Below, piece by piece: positions 1 to 7,459 of a stretch of 24,000 nucleotides of DNA. The position numbers and the translations under genes were made by a program. The notes beneath the pieces were generated by a model that was given only the letters and a program-made list of their open reading frames with translations, ran no database searches and was not told where the DNA came from. Positions within the stretch are counted from its first letter, which is position 1; every line of letters begins with the position of its first letter. Source of the DNA: an uncultured Campylobacterales bacterium (lineage in GTDB: Bacteria; Campylobacterota; Campylobacteria; Campylobacterales; CACVAW01); NCBI GenBank assembly GCA_902727925.1, contig CACVAW010000061.1, positions 42,739 through 66,738 of the forward strand, read 5' to 3'.

Positions 1-1
1 T

Positions 2-832
2 GTGTTGCACTATTTTACTTCAAATAAAGCTAAATACTTTATTCTAAATATTATTACAAGTTTATTAATACTGATTTTTTCATTGTTATTTATTAATATG
101 TATGGTATGTACTCAGTTTATTATAGTTATTTTATTACTCCTATTATAGTATTAATTATTAGTATACTTTTTTTTAGGAATGTGGAACTACGTCAATTTA
201 GAATAAATAAGTTAGGGTTTAAACTTATTTCAATGAAGTTATTCTCATATTCAACTATGGCTTTGGTCTCAGCTTTATCCACCCCTATTGCTTTAATTTT
301 AGTCAGGATAGAGATTGAATCAAAATTAGGAATTGAAAATTTAGGTTATTGGCAAGGTTTATGGCGAATTTCTGAAGGTTACTTATTATTAATAATGACT
401 ATTCTAACTATATATTTTTTGCCATTAATTTCTAAAATAAAGGTTAAGAAAAAGTTAGACATTGAAGTAATATCTTTTCTTAAAAAAATATTACTAATAT
501 CGTTTATAATGTTATTAATAATTTTTATATTAAGAGAATTTATTACGAGTTTACTCTATACAAATGACTTTATAATTATTAATCAGTTTTATATTTATCA
601 AATGATTTCTGACTTTTTTAAAACAATAGCATTAGTATATGGTTTTGTATTAATTTCACTAAAAAAAACAAAAATATTTATTATACTTCAAGTTATATAT
701 TCATTATCATTTTATCTTATATATAAGACGTATGAGTTTAGTAGTCTTCTTGATGTATATAAAATATATTTGATTTTTTCATGTATATATTTAATAATAA
801 TTTTTTTGACTTACAAAATTAAGGTGAAATAA
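2..832 (+). CDS. Polysaccharide/O-antigen flippase (Wzx-like, MOP superfamily), C-terminal part; 5' end lies outside the window
   Basis: The frame is open from the window edge and the product is strongly hydrophobic with many TM segments. The segment 'GYWQGLWRISEGYLLLIMTILTIYFLPLISK' resembles the conserved mid-region of Wzx/WzxE-type flippases. The stop overlaps the next start (TAATG, 830-834), and glycosyltransferases lie next door. Confidence 0.6.
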   Translation: MLHYFTSNKAKYFILNIITSLLILIFSLLFINMYGMYSVYYSYFITPIIVLIISILFFRNVELRQFRINKLGFKLISMKLFSYSTMALVSALSTPIALILVRIEIESKLGIENLGYWQGLWRISEGYLLLIMTILTIYFLPLISKIKVKKKLDIEVISFLKKILLISFIMLLIIFILREFITSLLYTNDFIIINQFYIYQMISDFFKTIALVYGFVLISLKKTKIFIILQVIYSLSFYLIYKTYEFSSLLDVYKIYLIFSCIYLIIIFLTYKIKVK

Positions 833-1617
833 TGCAAGATTTAGTTTCAGTACTAGTACCTTCTTATAATCATAGTAAATATATAATAGAAACTTTAGAA
901 AGTATTAAAAAATCTTCTTATAAATCTATAGAGATTTGTATTATTGATGATGGTTCATCAGATGATTCTATTTTGATAATTCAAAAATGGATAGATAATA
1001 GTCTAATGAATATAAAATTTAAACATAGAAAAAATAGAGGCTTGACTAAAACATTAAATGAACTTTTAGAAATGGCTTCTGGACGTTATATTGTGTTATT
1101 GGGTAGTGATGATGTATTAACAGAAGATAGTATATTGCAAAGAGTTGTATTTTTGAAATCTAATCCTCATAAGAAGGCAGTTTTTACAGATGCTTATATA
1201 ATAAATAGTATTGGTGAAAAGATATTTAATAGTGCTTTATTTGAATATAAAAATACAAACAAAAATAAATTATTAGATAGTGAATTAATAAAAGAAGAAC
1301 TTATTTTAAATTGGAACGTTCCTGGACCAGTTTTATTATTTGAAAAATCAGTTATAGAAATGATTGGTAATTATAATGAAAATTTAATTGTAGAAGATTG
1401 GGATTTTTACTTAAGGTTAGTTTCAAATGATTTATTAATATATCAAGATAAAGCATTATCCGGTTATCGGTTACATAATTCAAATACAATAAATAATTCC
1501 GAGTTACATTTTAAAATTAAAATAGATAGATTAAAAACAGTGTTTTTAAATTTTTTTAAATTTGATTTTAAATATAAAATTTTATTTTTAAAGCTTATTT
1601 TTTCTAAGATAAGATGA
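832..1617 (+). CDS. Family 2 glycosyltransferase
   Basis: The N-terminus 'VSVLVPSYNHSKYIIETLESI...ICIIDDGSSDDS' is a typical GT2 signature, followed by an acidic 'LLGSDDVL' DxD-like motif. It is translationally coupled on both sides (TAATG at the 5' end, ATGA at 1614-1617). Confidence 0.85.
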   Translation: MQDLVSVLVPSYNHSKYIIETLESIKKSSYKSIEICIIDDGSSDDSILIIQKWIDNSLMNIKFKHRKNRGLTKTLNELLEMASGRYIVLLGSDDVLTEDSILQRVVFLKSNPHKKAVFTDAYIINSIGEKIFNSALFEYKNTNKNKLLDSELIKEELILNWNVPGPVLLFEKSVIEMIGNYNENLIVEDWDFYLRLVSNDLLIYQDKALSGYRLHNSNTINNSELHFKIKIDRLKTVFLNFFKFDFKYKILFLKLIFSKIR

Positions 1618-2726
1618 AGTTTGTTTTTCTATTATTACCTTTTATGGTAATAAATTCTTTTAATATAGGGACACTTAATATTCCTATTACATATATAATA
1701 ATATTTATTTTATATGTTAAGTCTTTTAGTTATAAATTACCTAAAAGTACGTTTTATTTTTTTATAATATTCTTTATGATACTTAGTTTACAATTTGTAC
1801 TCAATGAAACAATTGTAATTAATAATTATATAAAACTTTTAAGTATAATACTTACATATACTGTATTATATAGATATCGAAAAACATTAATACAAAACTT
1901 AAAATATTTTAAAATAGCTATATATATTACATTAGTTTATGCTTTATACCAGTACTTAATAATATTACTTCAGCTTGATATTCGCTCATTTTATGCAATT
2001 ATACCAGTTTGGGAATGGAATAATAATTTATGGCACTTGATTATGACTACTCCAAATATAAGAGTTTCTGGTTTTACATTGGAACCAGCTTTTTTATCTA
2101 TCTTTATTGCTTTTGGATTCATTATAAATCATTTGTTCTATAGAGAAAGAACTTTTTTCATAATATTATTTATGTTATCTTTTTTGTCATTATCAAGAAA
2201 CCTACTTATTTTTTTAGTCGTATTCTTCTTCCTTTTGTTTTTACATAAATTTATCAAAACAAGATTAGTTTATATTTTCATTTTTATATTAACTTTTTTA
2301 TTACCTCCAGTATTACTTTATTTAATAATTGGCAATTTTTCTAACTATGATGTTTCAGTTTTTATGAGAACGATACCATTTGTAGTGTTTTTTACAGAAA
2401 CTAATTTTGGTGAAATTTTAATTGGTACAGATTATAGTATGATAATAAAAAATTCAACTTATGAGAGCTTACTTTATTCATTATTTCCCAGTAGTTCTGA
2501 AAATTTGGCAAAAGACCCTAAAAGTTTTCTTGCTTCTTTATTATTTTCTTACGGAATTATTGGTCTAGTAAGTTATATTATTTATGGTATTAGTATTTCT
2601 AAGAAAAATACAATAAACTTGATTTATTTAAGTTCATTTAATTTAGTAATATTTAATGTTAGCATTTTATATTGGCCGATACTATGGATATTTTTTCTCA
2701 TAATATATGAGAATAAAGAACACTAA
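1614..2726 (+). CDS. Wzy-like O-antigen polymerase / O-antigen-ligase-family integral membrane protein
   Basis: The 370-aa product is very hydrophobic, with roughly 10 predicted TM stretches. It has a loop motif 'RVSGFTLEPAFLSIFIAFGF' of the R-x-x-G-x-x-x-EP type seen in Wzy/EpsG-like polymerases. It sits between a flippase and glycosyltransferases. Sequence-level recognition is weak. Confidence 0.5.
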   Translation: MKFVFLLLPFMVINSFNIGTLNIPITYIIIFILYVKSFSYKLPKSTFYFFIIFFMILSLQFVLNETIVINNYIKLLSIILTYTVLYRYRKTLIQNLKYFKIAIYITLVYALYQYLIILLQLDIRSFYAIIPVWEWNNNLWHLIMTTPNIRVSGFTLEPAFLSIFIAFGFIINHLFYRERTFFIILFMLSFLSLSRNLLIFLVVFFFLLFLHKFIKTRLVYIFIFILTFLLPPVLLYLIIGNFSNYDVSVFMRTIPFVVFFTETNFGEILIGTDYSMIIKNSTYESLLYSLFPSSSENLAKDPKSFLASLLFSYGIIGLVSYIIYGISISKKNTINLIYLSSFNLVIFNVSILYWPILWIFFLIIYENKEH

Positions 2727-2740
2727 ACTAGGAGAAAAAA

Positions 2741-2857
2741 TTGTATAAAATTTCAATAATAATACCAACATATAACGCACAAGAGTATTTACCAAAGTTA
2801 TTAAATAGTCTTAAAATCTGTATAGTTCAAAAGCTAAGAGGTAGAAATAAATCTTGA
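2741..2857 (+). pseudogene. 38-codon remnant of a GT2 glycosyltransferase N-terminus (TTG start behind an AGGAG RBS at 2730-2734)
   Basis: It translates to (M)YKISIIIPTYNAQEYLPKLLNSLKICIVQKLRGRNKS*. Nucleotides 2745-2818 are near-identical to 3743-3816, the 5' end of the intact GT2 at 3721, and the first 38 nt are identical. The frame then diverges and stops. Confidence 0.7.
2745..2818 (+). repeat. Direct repeat copy A (about 74 bp), partner at 3743-3816
   Basis: By manual alignment the first 38 nt are identical and there are about 5 mismatches over the first 70 nt. The offset between copies is 998 bp. Confidence 0.85.
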
Positions 2858-2924
2858 CTAAATCTTAGCTTGATTTTCAGGACATTATCTTATTTGGATA
2901 TTATTACAAATAAAAGGAGCTTAC

Positions 2925-3737
2925 ATGATATATGATAGAGAATATTTTTCTAAAATAATTGCAGATAAAATTTTAAAAAATGAGAATGAAATTTATGAAC
3001 AGTTCAATTCAGGTAATAAAATTTCATCTTTTATAATAGATGAACTACTTCCAGTAGAGGAGGCTACAAAAATCTATAATAGTTTTCCTAAACCTGAAGA
3101 TATGAAAGTAAAAAAAAGTTTAAGAGAATACAAATTTATAGATGCTCAATTGAATAAACATAATAAAATACTTGAAGAAATAACTTATGCCTTTCACGAA
3201 AAAATAGTAATTGATGCTATTAGTAAAACGATTAAAATTAATGGACTTATTGCAGACGAACAGTTATATGCTGGAGGGTTAAGTCGAATGGAAAAAGGAC
3301 AATATTTAAATCCTCATTTAGATAATTCACATAATAAAGATAGGTCTTTATACCGAGTATTAAATCTTTTATATTATGTTTCTCCTAATAGAAAAATTGA
3401 AGATGGTGGTAATTTAGAACTATGGGATGAAGGACCTAAAAAAGAGCAAAGAACTATATATTCAAAATTCAATAGACTTGTTGTTATGATTACAAATAGA
3501 GATTCATGGCACTCCGTTAGTAAGTTAGAAAAAGGTGCTAGATGTTGTATTTCAAATTATTACTTTTCAGAAAAACCTTTAACTAAAGAAGACTATTTTC
3601 ATATTACTTCTTTTAGAGGTTTTCCTAATCAATATATACGCGATAAAGTTTTGTTATTGGATATAAAATTGAGAATGGGACTTAGAAAAATATTTAAAAA
3701 AGGTATAGTAGATAACTCTCATGTATATAAAAAATGA
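2925..3737 (+). CDS. 2OG-Fe(II) oxygenase superfamily protein (prolyl-4-hydroxylase-like fold)
   Basis: It has an HxD...H iron-binding arrangement: 'NPHLDNSH' followed by 'GGNLELWD' and a distal 'RDSWHSVSKL'. A strong RBS (AAGGAG) lies 6 nt upstream of the ATG. Confidence 0.6.
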   Translation: MIYDREYFSKIIADKILKNENEIYEQFNSGNKISSFIIDELLPVEEATKIYNSFPKPEDMKVKKSLREYKFIDAQLNKHNKILEEITYAFHEKIVIDAISKTIKINGLIADEQLYAGGLSRMEKGQYLNPHLDNSHNKDRSLYRVLNLLYYVSPNRKIEDGGNLELWDEGPKKEQRTIYSKFNRLVVMITNRDSWHSVSKLEKGARCCISNYYFSEKPLTKEDYFHITSFRGFPNQYIRDKVLLLDIKLRMGLRKIFKKGIVDNSHVYKK

Positions 3738-4671
3738 TATAAATAAAATTTCAATAATAATACCAACATATAACGCACAAAGATATTTACCAAAGTTATT
3801 AGATAGTATTAAAACTCAATCTATAAAAAATTATGAACTACTAATAATAGATTCAAGTTCATCTGACAAAACAGTTGAAATTGCTAAAGAATATACTGAA
3901 AATGTGATAGTAATACCTCAAAGTGAATTTGATCATGGTGGTACGAGAGCTAAAGCTGCACAAATAGCTTCAGGGGAGATTCTTGTATATCTTACTCAAG
4001 ATGCACTTCCTTGTGATGATTATACAATAGAGAGTATCATAAAAGTATTTGAAGATGAAAAAATAGGTGCTGCTTATGGTAGGCAGTTAAGCTATGATGA
4101 TACTAATCTTTTTGGTAAGCATCTACGAGAGTTTAATTATAGTAAAAATTCATATATAAGAGATAAAAGTGACATTAAACAATTTGGTTTGAAAACAGCT
4201 TTTTTATCTGATAGTTTTGCTGCTTATCGTAAGAGTGCTTTACAAGATATAGGATTGTTTAAAAGTGATTTGATACTAGGTGAAGATACTTATGCAGGTG
4301 CAAAAATGATATTAGATGGATATAGTCTTGCTTATGTTAGTGAAGCACAAGTATATCATTCCCATAGTTATACCGTGTGGCAAGAATTTAAAAGATATTT
4401 TGATATAGGTGTATTTCATAAATATGAAGACTGGATACTGGAGCGTTTTGGTAAGGCTGAGGGTGAAGGGAAGAGATATATCAAATCTGAAGTTAAGTAT
4501 CTACTTAAGAATAAATCTTGGTATCTATTGCCTGAATGGTTTGTACGCAATGGTATGAAATATTTGGGGTATAAATTAGGTCAAAAATATGAAAAACTAC
4601 CAAAATGGATGATAAAAAGAATGAGTATGCATCATAGATGGTGGGACAAAAAAATAGACTCTAAAAAATAA
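3721..4671 (+). CDS. Family 2 glycosyltransferase
   Basis: It carries 'ISIIIPTYNAQRYLPKLLDSIKTQSIKNYELLIIDSSSSDKT' and a 'YLTQDALP' acidic motif, both typical of a GT2 subfamily. It overlaps the upstream gene by 17 nt, and its stop overlaps the next start (TAATG). Confidence 0.85.
   Translation: MYIKNDINKISIIIPTYNAQRYLPKLLDSIKTQSIKNYELLIIDSSSSDKTVEIAKEYTENVIVIPQSEFDHGGTRAKAAQIASGEILVYLTQDALPCDDYTIESIIKVFEDEKIGAAYGRQLSYDDTNLFGKHLREFNYSKNSYIRDKSDIKQFGLKTAFLSDSFAAYRKSALQDIGLFKSDLILGEDTYAGAKMILDGYSLAYVSEAQVYHSHSYTVWQEFKRYFDIGVFHKYEDWILERFGKAEGEGKRYIKSEVKYLLKNKSWYLLPEWFVRNGMKYLGYKLGQKYEKLPKWMIKRMSMHHRWWDKKIDSKK
3743..3816 (+). repeat. Direct repeat copy B, partner of 2745-2818
   Basis: See copy A. 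This copy lies inside the 5' end of the intact GT2 gene. Confidence 0.85.
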
Positions 4672-6029
4672 TGCAAAAACTAAACCTCAAAGAATCACAA
4701 ACTATAGAATTCAAAGAAGTATGGAAAGACGAGTACTTAAAAACTATATGTGCATTTGCTAATAGTGATGGTGGGGTGATATATATTGGTATTGATGATA
4801 GCTCAAACATAGTAGGTTTAAAAGATACAAAAAATATCATAGAAGTTTTGCCAAATAAGGTAAATAATAGACTTGGTCTTATAGTGGATATTAATTTAAG
4901 ATATAAAAGTAGCTTAGAGTATATCGAGATGATAATCCAAAAAACATATGCACCAATATCATATAATGGAAAGTTTTATAAAAGAAGTGGTAGCAATACA
5001 ATTGAATTAAATGGAGTTAATCTTACAAACTTTTTACTTAAGAAGTATGGCAAGACTTGGGATGATGTTTCTGAAGAAAAATTTGGGCTTGATGAGATAG
5101 ATTTGAGTACTATTGAGAAGTTTAAAAAGCTCTCAAGAGATAGGATACCAGATATACAAAGTCAAACGAATTTAGAAGAACTATTAAGAAAACTTAATCT
5201 ATATGATGGTGAATATCTTAAAAGAGCTGCGATTTTGTTATTTGGTAAGAATCCACAAATGTATTATGTGCAGTCTCATTCTAAGATAGGTAGATTTTTA
5301 AGTGAGACTGATATTCAAAGTAGTGATATCATAGAGGGTAACCTCATAGATCAAGTAGATAAGATTATGGATGTGTTAAGGCTGAAGTATCTTAAAGCTT
5401 ATATCTCGTATGAGGGAATGCATAGAAGAGAAAAGCTTGAATATCCATATGAAGCTCTTCGTGAGGCTGTAATAAATGCACTCATACATAGAGACTATAC
5501 AAATACTTCAAATCTTCAAATAAAAGTATATGATGACAAGCTTGTCATGTATAATGGAGCTACACTAAGTAGTGAAGTACCTATAGATAGGTTTGATAAG
5601 CCTCATCAATCAAAGCCATTTAATCCTACTATGGCAAATGTATTTTATAAGTGTGGGTTTATAGAGAACTGGGGAAGAGGTACACTTAATATCATAGATG
5701 ATTGTGTAGAGTACGGACTACCTAAACCTTTGTTTGAATATGAGTGGACTGCTGTAAGGACTACATTTTTTAAAACCACCCAAGAAACCACCCAAGAAAC
5801 CACCCAAGAAACCACCCAAGAAACCACCCAAGAAACCACAAAGAGCAAAATAGTAAAACTACTAAAAGAGAATCCCAAATACACAAAACAAGATATGATG
5901 AACATACTAAATAAAGGTGACTCAACAATAAAAGAGCATCTTGCAAACCTCAAAAGAGAAGGTATAATAACAAGAGTAGGAAGCACAAAATCAGGATATT
6001 GGAAAATACTAAAAGGAGATAATGAATGA
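4671..6029 (+). CDS. AlbA_2 (Schlafen-type) / HATPase_c_4 / C-terminal winged-helix protein. This family is usually annotated as 'putative DNA-binding, RecG-like ATP-dependent helicase-related transcriptional regulator'
   Basis: The N-terminus 'ESQTIEFKEVWKDEYLKTICAFANSDGGVIYIGIDD' is the AlbA_2 signature. The mid-region 'YPYEALREAVINALIHRDYT' is the HATPase_c_4 signature. The C-terminus 'KIVKLLKENPKYTKQDMMNILNKGDSTIKEHLANLKREGIITRVG' looks like a wHTH. The gene is coupled to both neighbours (TAATG at 5', ATGA at 3'). Confidence 0.75.
   Translation: MQKLNLKESQTIEFKEVWKDEYLKTICAFANSDGGVIYIGIDDSSNIVGLKDTKNIIEVLPNKVNNRLGLIVDINLRYKSSLEYIEMIIQKTYAPISYNGKFYKRSGSNTIELNGVNLTNFLLKKYGKTWDDVSEEKFGLDEIDLSTIEKFKKLSRDRIPDIQSQTNLEELLRKLNLYDGEYLKRAAILLFGKNPQMYYVQSHSKIGRFLSETDIQSSDIIEGNLIDQVDKIMDVLRLKYLKAYISYEGMHRREKLEYPYEALREAVINALIHRDYTNTSNLQIKVYDDKLVMYNGATLSSEVPIDRFDKPHQSKPFNPTMANVFYKCGFIENWGRGTLNIIDDCVEYGLPKPLFEYEWTAVRTTFFKTTQETTQETTQETTQETTQETTKSKIVKLLKENPKYTKQDMMNILNKGDSTIKEHLANLKREGIITRVGSTKSGYWKILKGDNE
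5775..5840 (+). repeat. Perfect 12-bp tandem repeat (ACCACCCAAGAA) x5 plus a partial unit, encoding (TTQE)5-TT
   Basis: Read directly from the sequence. The repeat is in frame (4 codons per unit) and lies between the HATPase_c_4 region and the C-terminal wHTH of the 4671-6029 protein. Confidence 0.95.
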
Positions 6030-7411
6030 TAAATATAATACTTTGTGGTGGCAGTGGTACAAGGCTTTGGCCAATAAGTAGGTCTCTTATGCCTAAGCAG
6101 TTTGTGAAGCTTTTTGGAAGTGAAAAAAATGAAAAAAATAAGTCATTATTTCAGCTTACAGTACAGAGGAATTCAAAAGTATGTGATAGCCAGTTGATAG
6201 TATCTAATCAAGATCAGTATTTCTTAGCTCTTGATCAGCTTGAAGAAATAGGTAAGAGTAAAAATAAGTATCTACTTGAGCCAGTAGGTAGAAACACAGC
6301 ACCTGCAATTGCACTTGCTTGTATGGCACTTGATCCTGAAGAAGTAGTACTTGTGACTCCAAGTGATCATCTTATAAAAGATGAGGATGAGTATAAAAAA
6401 GTACTAGATAAGGCACTAGACTTAGCAAAGCAGGACAACCTAGTGACTTTTGGGATAACTCCTACATTTGCTGAAACTGGATTTGGGTATATTGAGTCTG
6501 ATGGTACTAGTGTGAAGGCTTTTCATGAAAAGCCTGATATAAATACAGCCAAAAGTTATCTTGAAGCTGGGAATTACTATTGGAATTCTGGGATGTTTTG
6601 TTTTAAGGCTGGGGTGTTCTTGGGAGAGCTTAAGAAGTACTCTCCTAGTATATATGAAGCTTGTACAAATGCGTATAGTCCAAGTGACACGAATATGACT
6701 AGAATATCTATAGATGATATGAAGCTTATTCCTGAGGATAGTATAGACTACGCAGTGATGGAAAAAAGTGATATTGTGAAGGTGATAGCATCTGATATTG
6801 GGTGGAGTGATGTGGGGAGCTTTGATGCTCTTTATGAGGAACTTCCAAAAGATGAGGATTCAAATACTCTTAACCCTAATCATATATCAATAGATAGCAA
6901 GAACAATCTGATATACGGGGATACTAAAAAAATTGCTACTATTGATGTAGATAACCTCATAGTAGTAGATACAGGTGATGCACTTCTTATATCAAAAAAG
7001 GGAAGTTCTCAAAAAGTAAAAAAAGTAGTCAAAGAGTTGAAAAACTCAAACTCAGAACTTCATAATATTCACCTCACAGGATATAGACCATGGGGGTCAT
7101 ATACGGTACTTGAAGATAGTCCAGGATATAAGATAAAACGAATAGAAGTAAAACCAGGTACAAGACTATCTCTTCAAAAGCATTATCATAGAAATGAACA
7201 CTGGATAGTAGTATCAGGTACAGCTACTGTTACTATTGATGATGAGATAAAGATTGTTAGACCAAATGAGAGTACTTATATTAAAATGGGTCAACTTCAT
7301 AGATTAGAAAACAAAGGGAAAATTCCTGTTGTGATTATAGAAGCTCAAGTTGGTGAGTATACTGGAGAAGATGATATTGTGAGAATTGAAGATGATTTTG
7401 AGCGTGTTTAA
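6026..7411 (+). CDS. manC: Mannose-1-phosphate guanylyltransferase / mannose-6-phosphate isomerase (bifunctional type II PMI-GMP)
   Basis: It has the N-terminal nucleotidyltransferase motif 'ILCGGSGTRLWPISR' and 'YYWNSGMFCF'. The C-terminal cupin carries 'GYRPWGSYTVLE' and 'HYHRNEHWIVVSGTA'. At 461 aa the length is typical. Confidence 0.9.
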   Translation: MINIILCGGSGTRLWPISRSLMPKQFVKLFGSEKNEKNKSLFQLTVQRNSKVCDSQLIVSNQDQYFLALDQLEEIGKSKNKYLLEPVGRNTAPAIALACMALDPEEVVLVTPSDHLIKDEDEYKKVLDKALDLAKQDNLVTFGITPTFAETGFGYIESDGTSVKAFHEKPDINTAKSYLEAGNYYWNSGMFCFKAGVFLGELKKYSPSIYEACTNAYSPSDTNMTRISIDDMKLIPEDSIDYAVMEKSDIVKVIASDIGWSDVGSFDALYEELPKDEDSNTLNPNHISIDSKNNLIYGDTKKIATIDVDNLIVVDTGDALLISKKGSSQKVKKVVKELKNSNSELHNIHLTGYRPWGSYTVLEDSPGYKIKRIEVKPGTRLSLQKHYHRNEHWIVVSGTATVTIDDEIKIVRPNESTYIKMGQLHRLENKGKIPVVIIEAQVGEYTGEDDIVRIEDDFERV

Positions 7412-7424
7412 CGCTCAAAATTTA
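7396..7424 (+). terminator. Rho-independent-type hairpin overlapping the manC stop codon
   Basis: A perfect 10-bp stem pairs TTTTGAGCGT (7396-7405) with ACGCTCAAAA (7411-7420) around a 5-nt loop, followed by TTTA. It sits between convergent genes. Confidence 0.6.
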
Positions 7425-7459
7425 TATATGATTTATTGTGCTATATATAGTTAACAGTC

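Noticed and set aside
661-668. A8 homopolymer inside the flippase gene (also A8 at about 3112-3119) as a phase-variation tract
   Set aside because: A/T runs of this length are expected by chance in DNA this AT-rich, and both genes are in frame. The long poly-G/C tracts typical of Campylobacterota contingency loci were not seen; the longest G run noticed is G5.
5645-5986. Minus-strand 113-aa ORF containing (VVSW)n
   Set aside because: It is the antisense reading of the TTQE tandem repeat, inside a well-supported plus-strand gene. It has no RBS or family resemblance and is an artefact of the repeat keeping the frame open.
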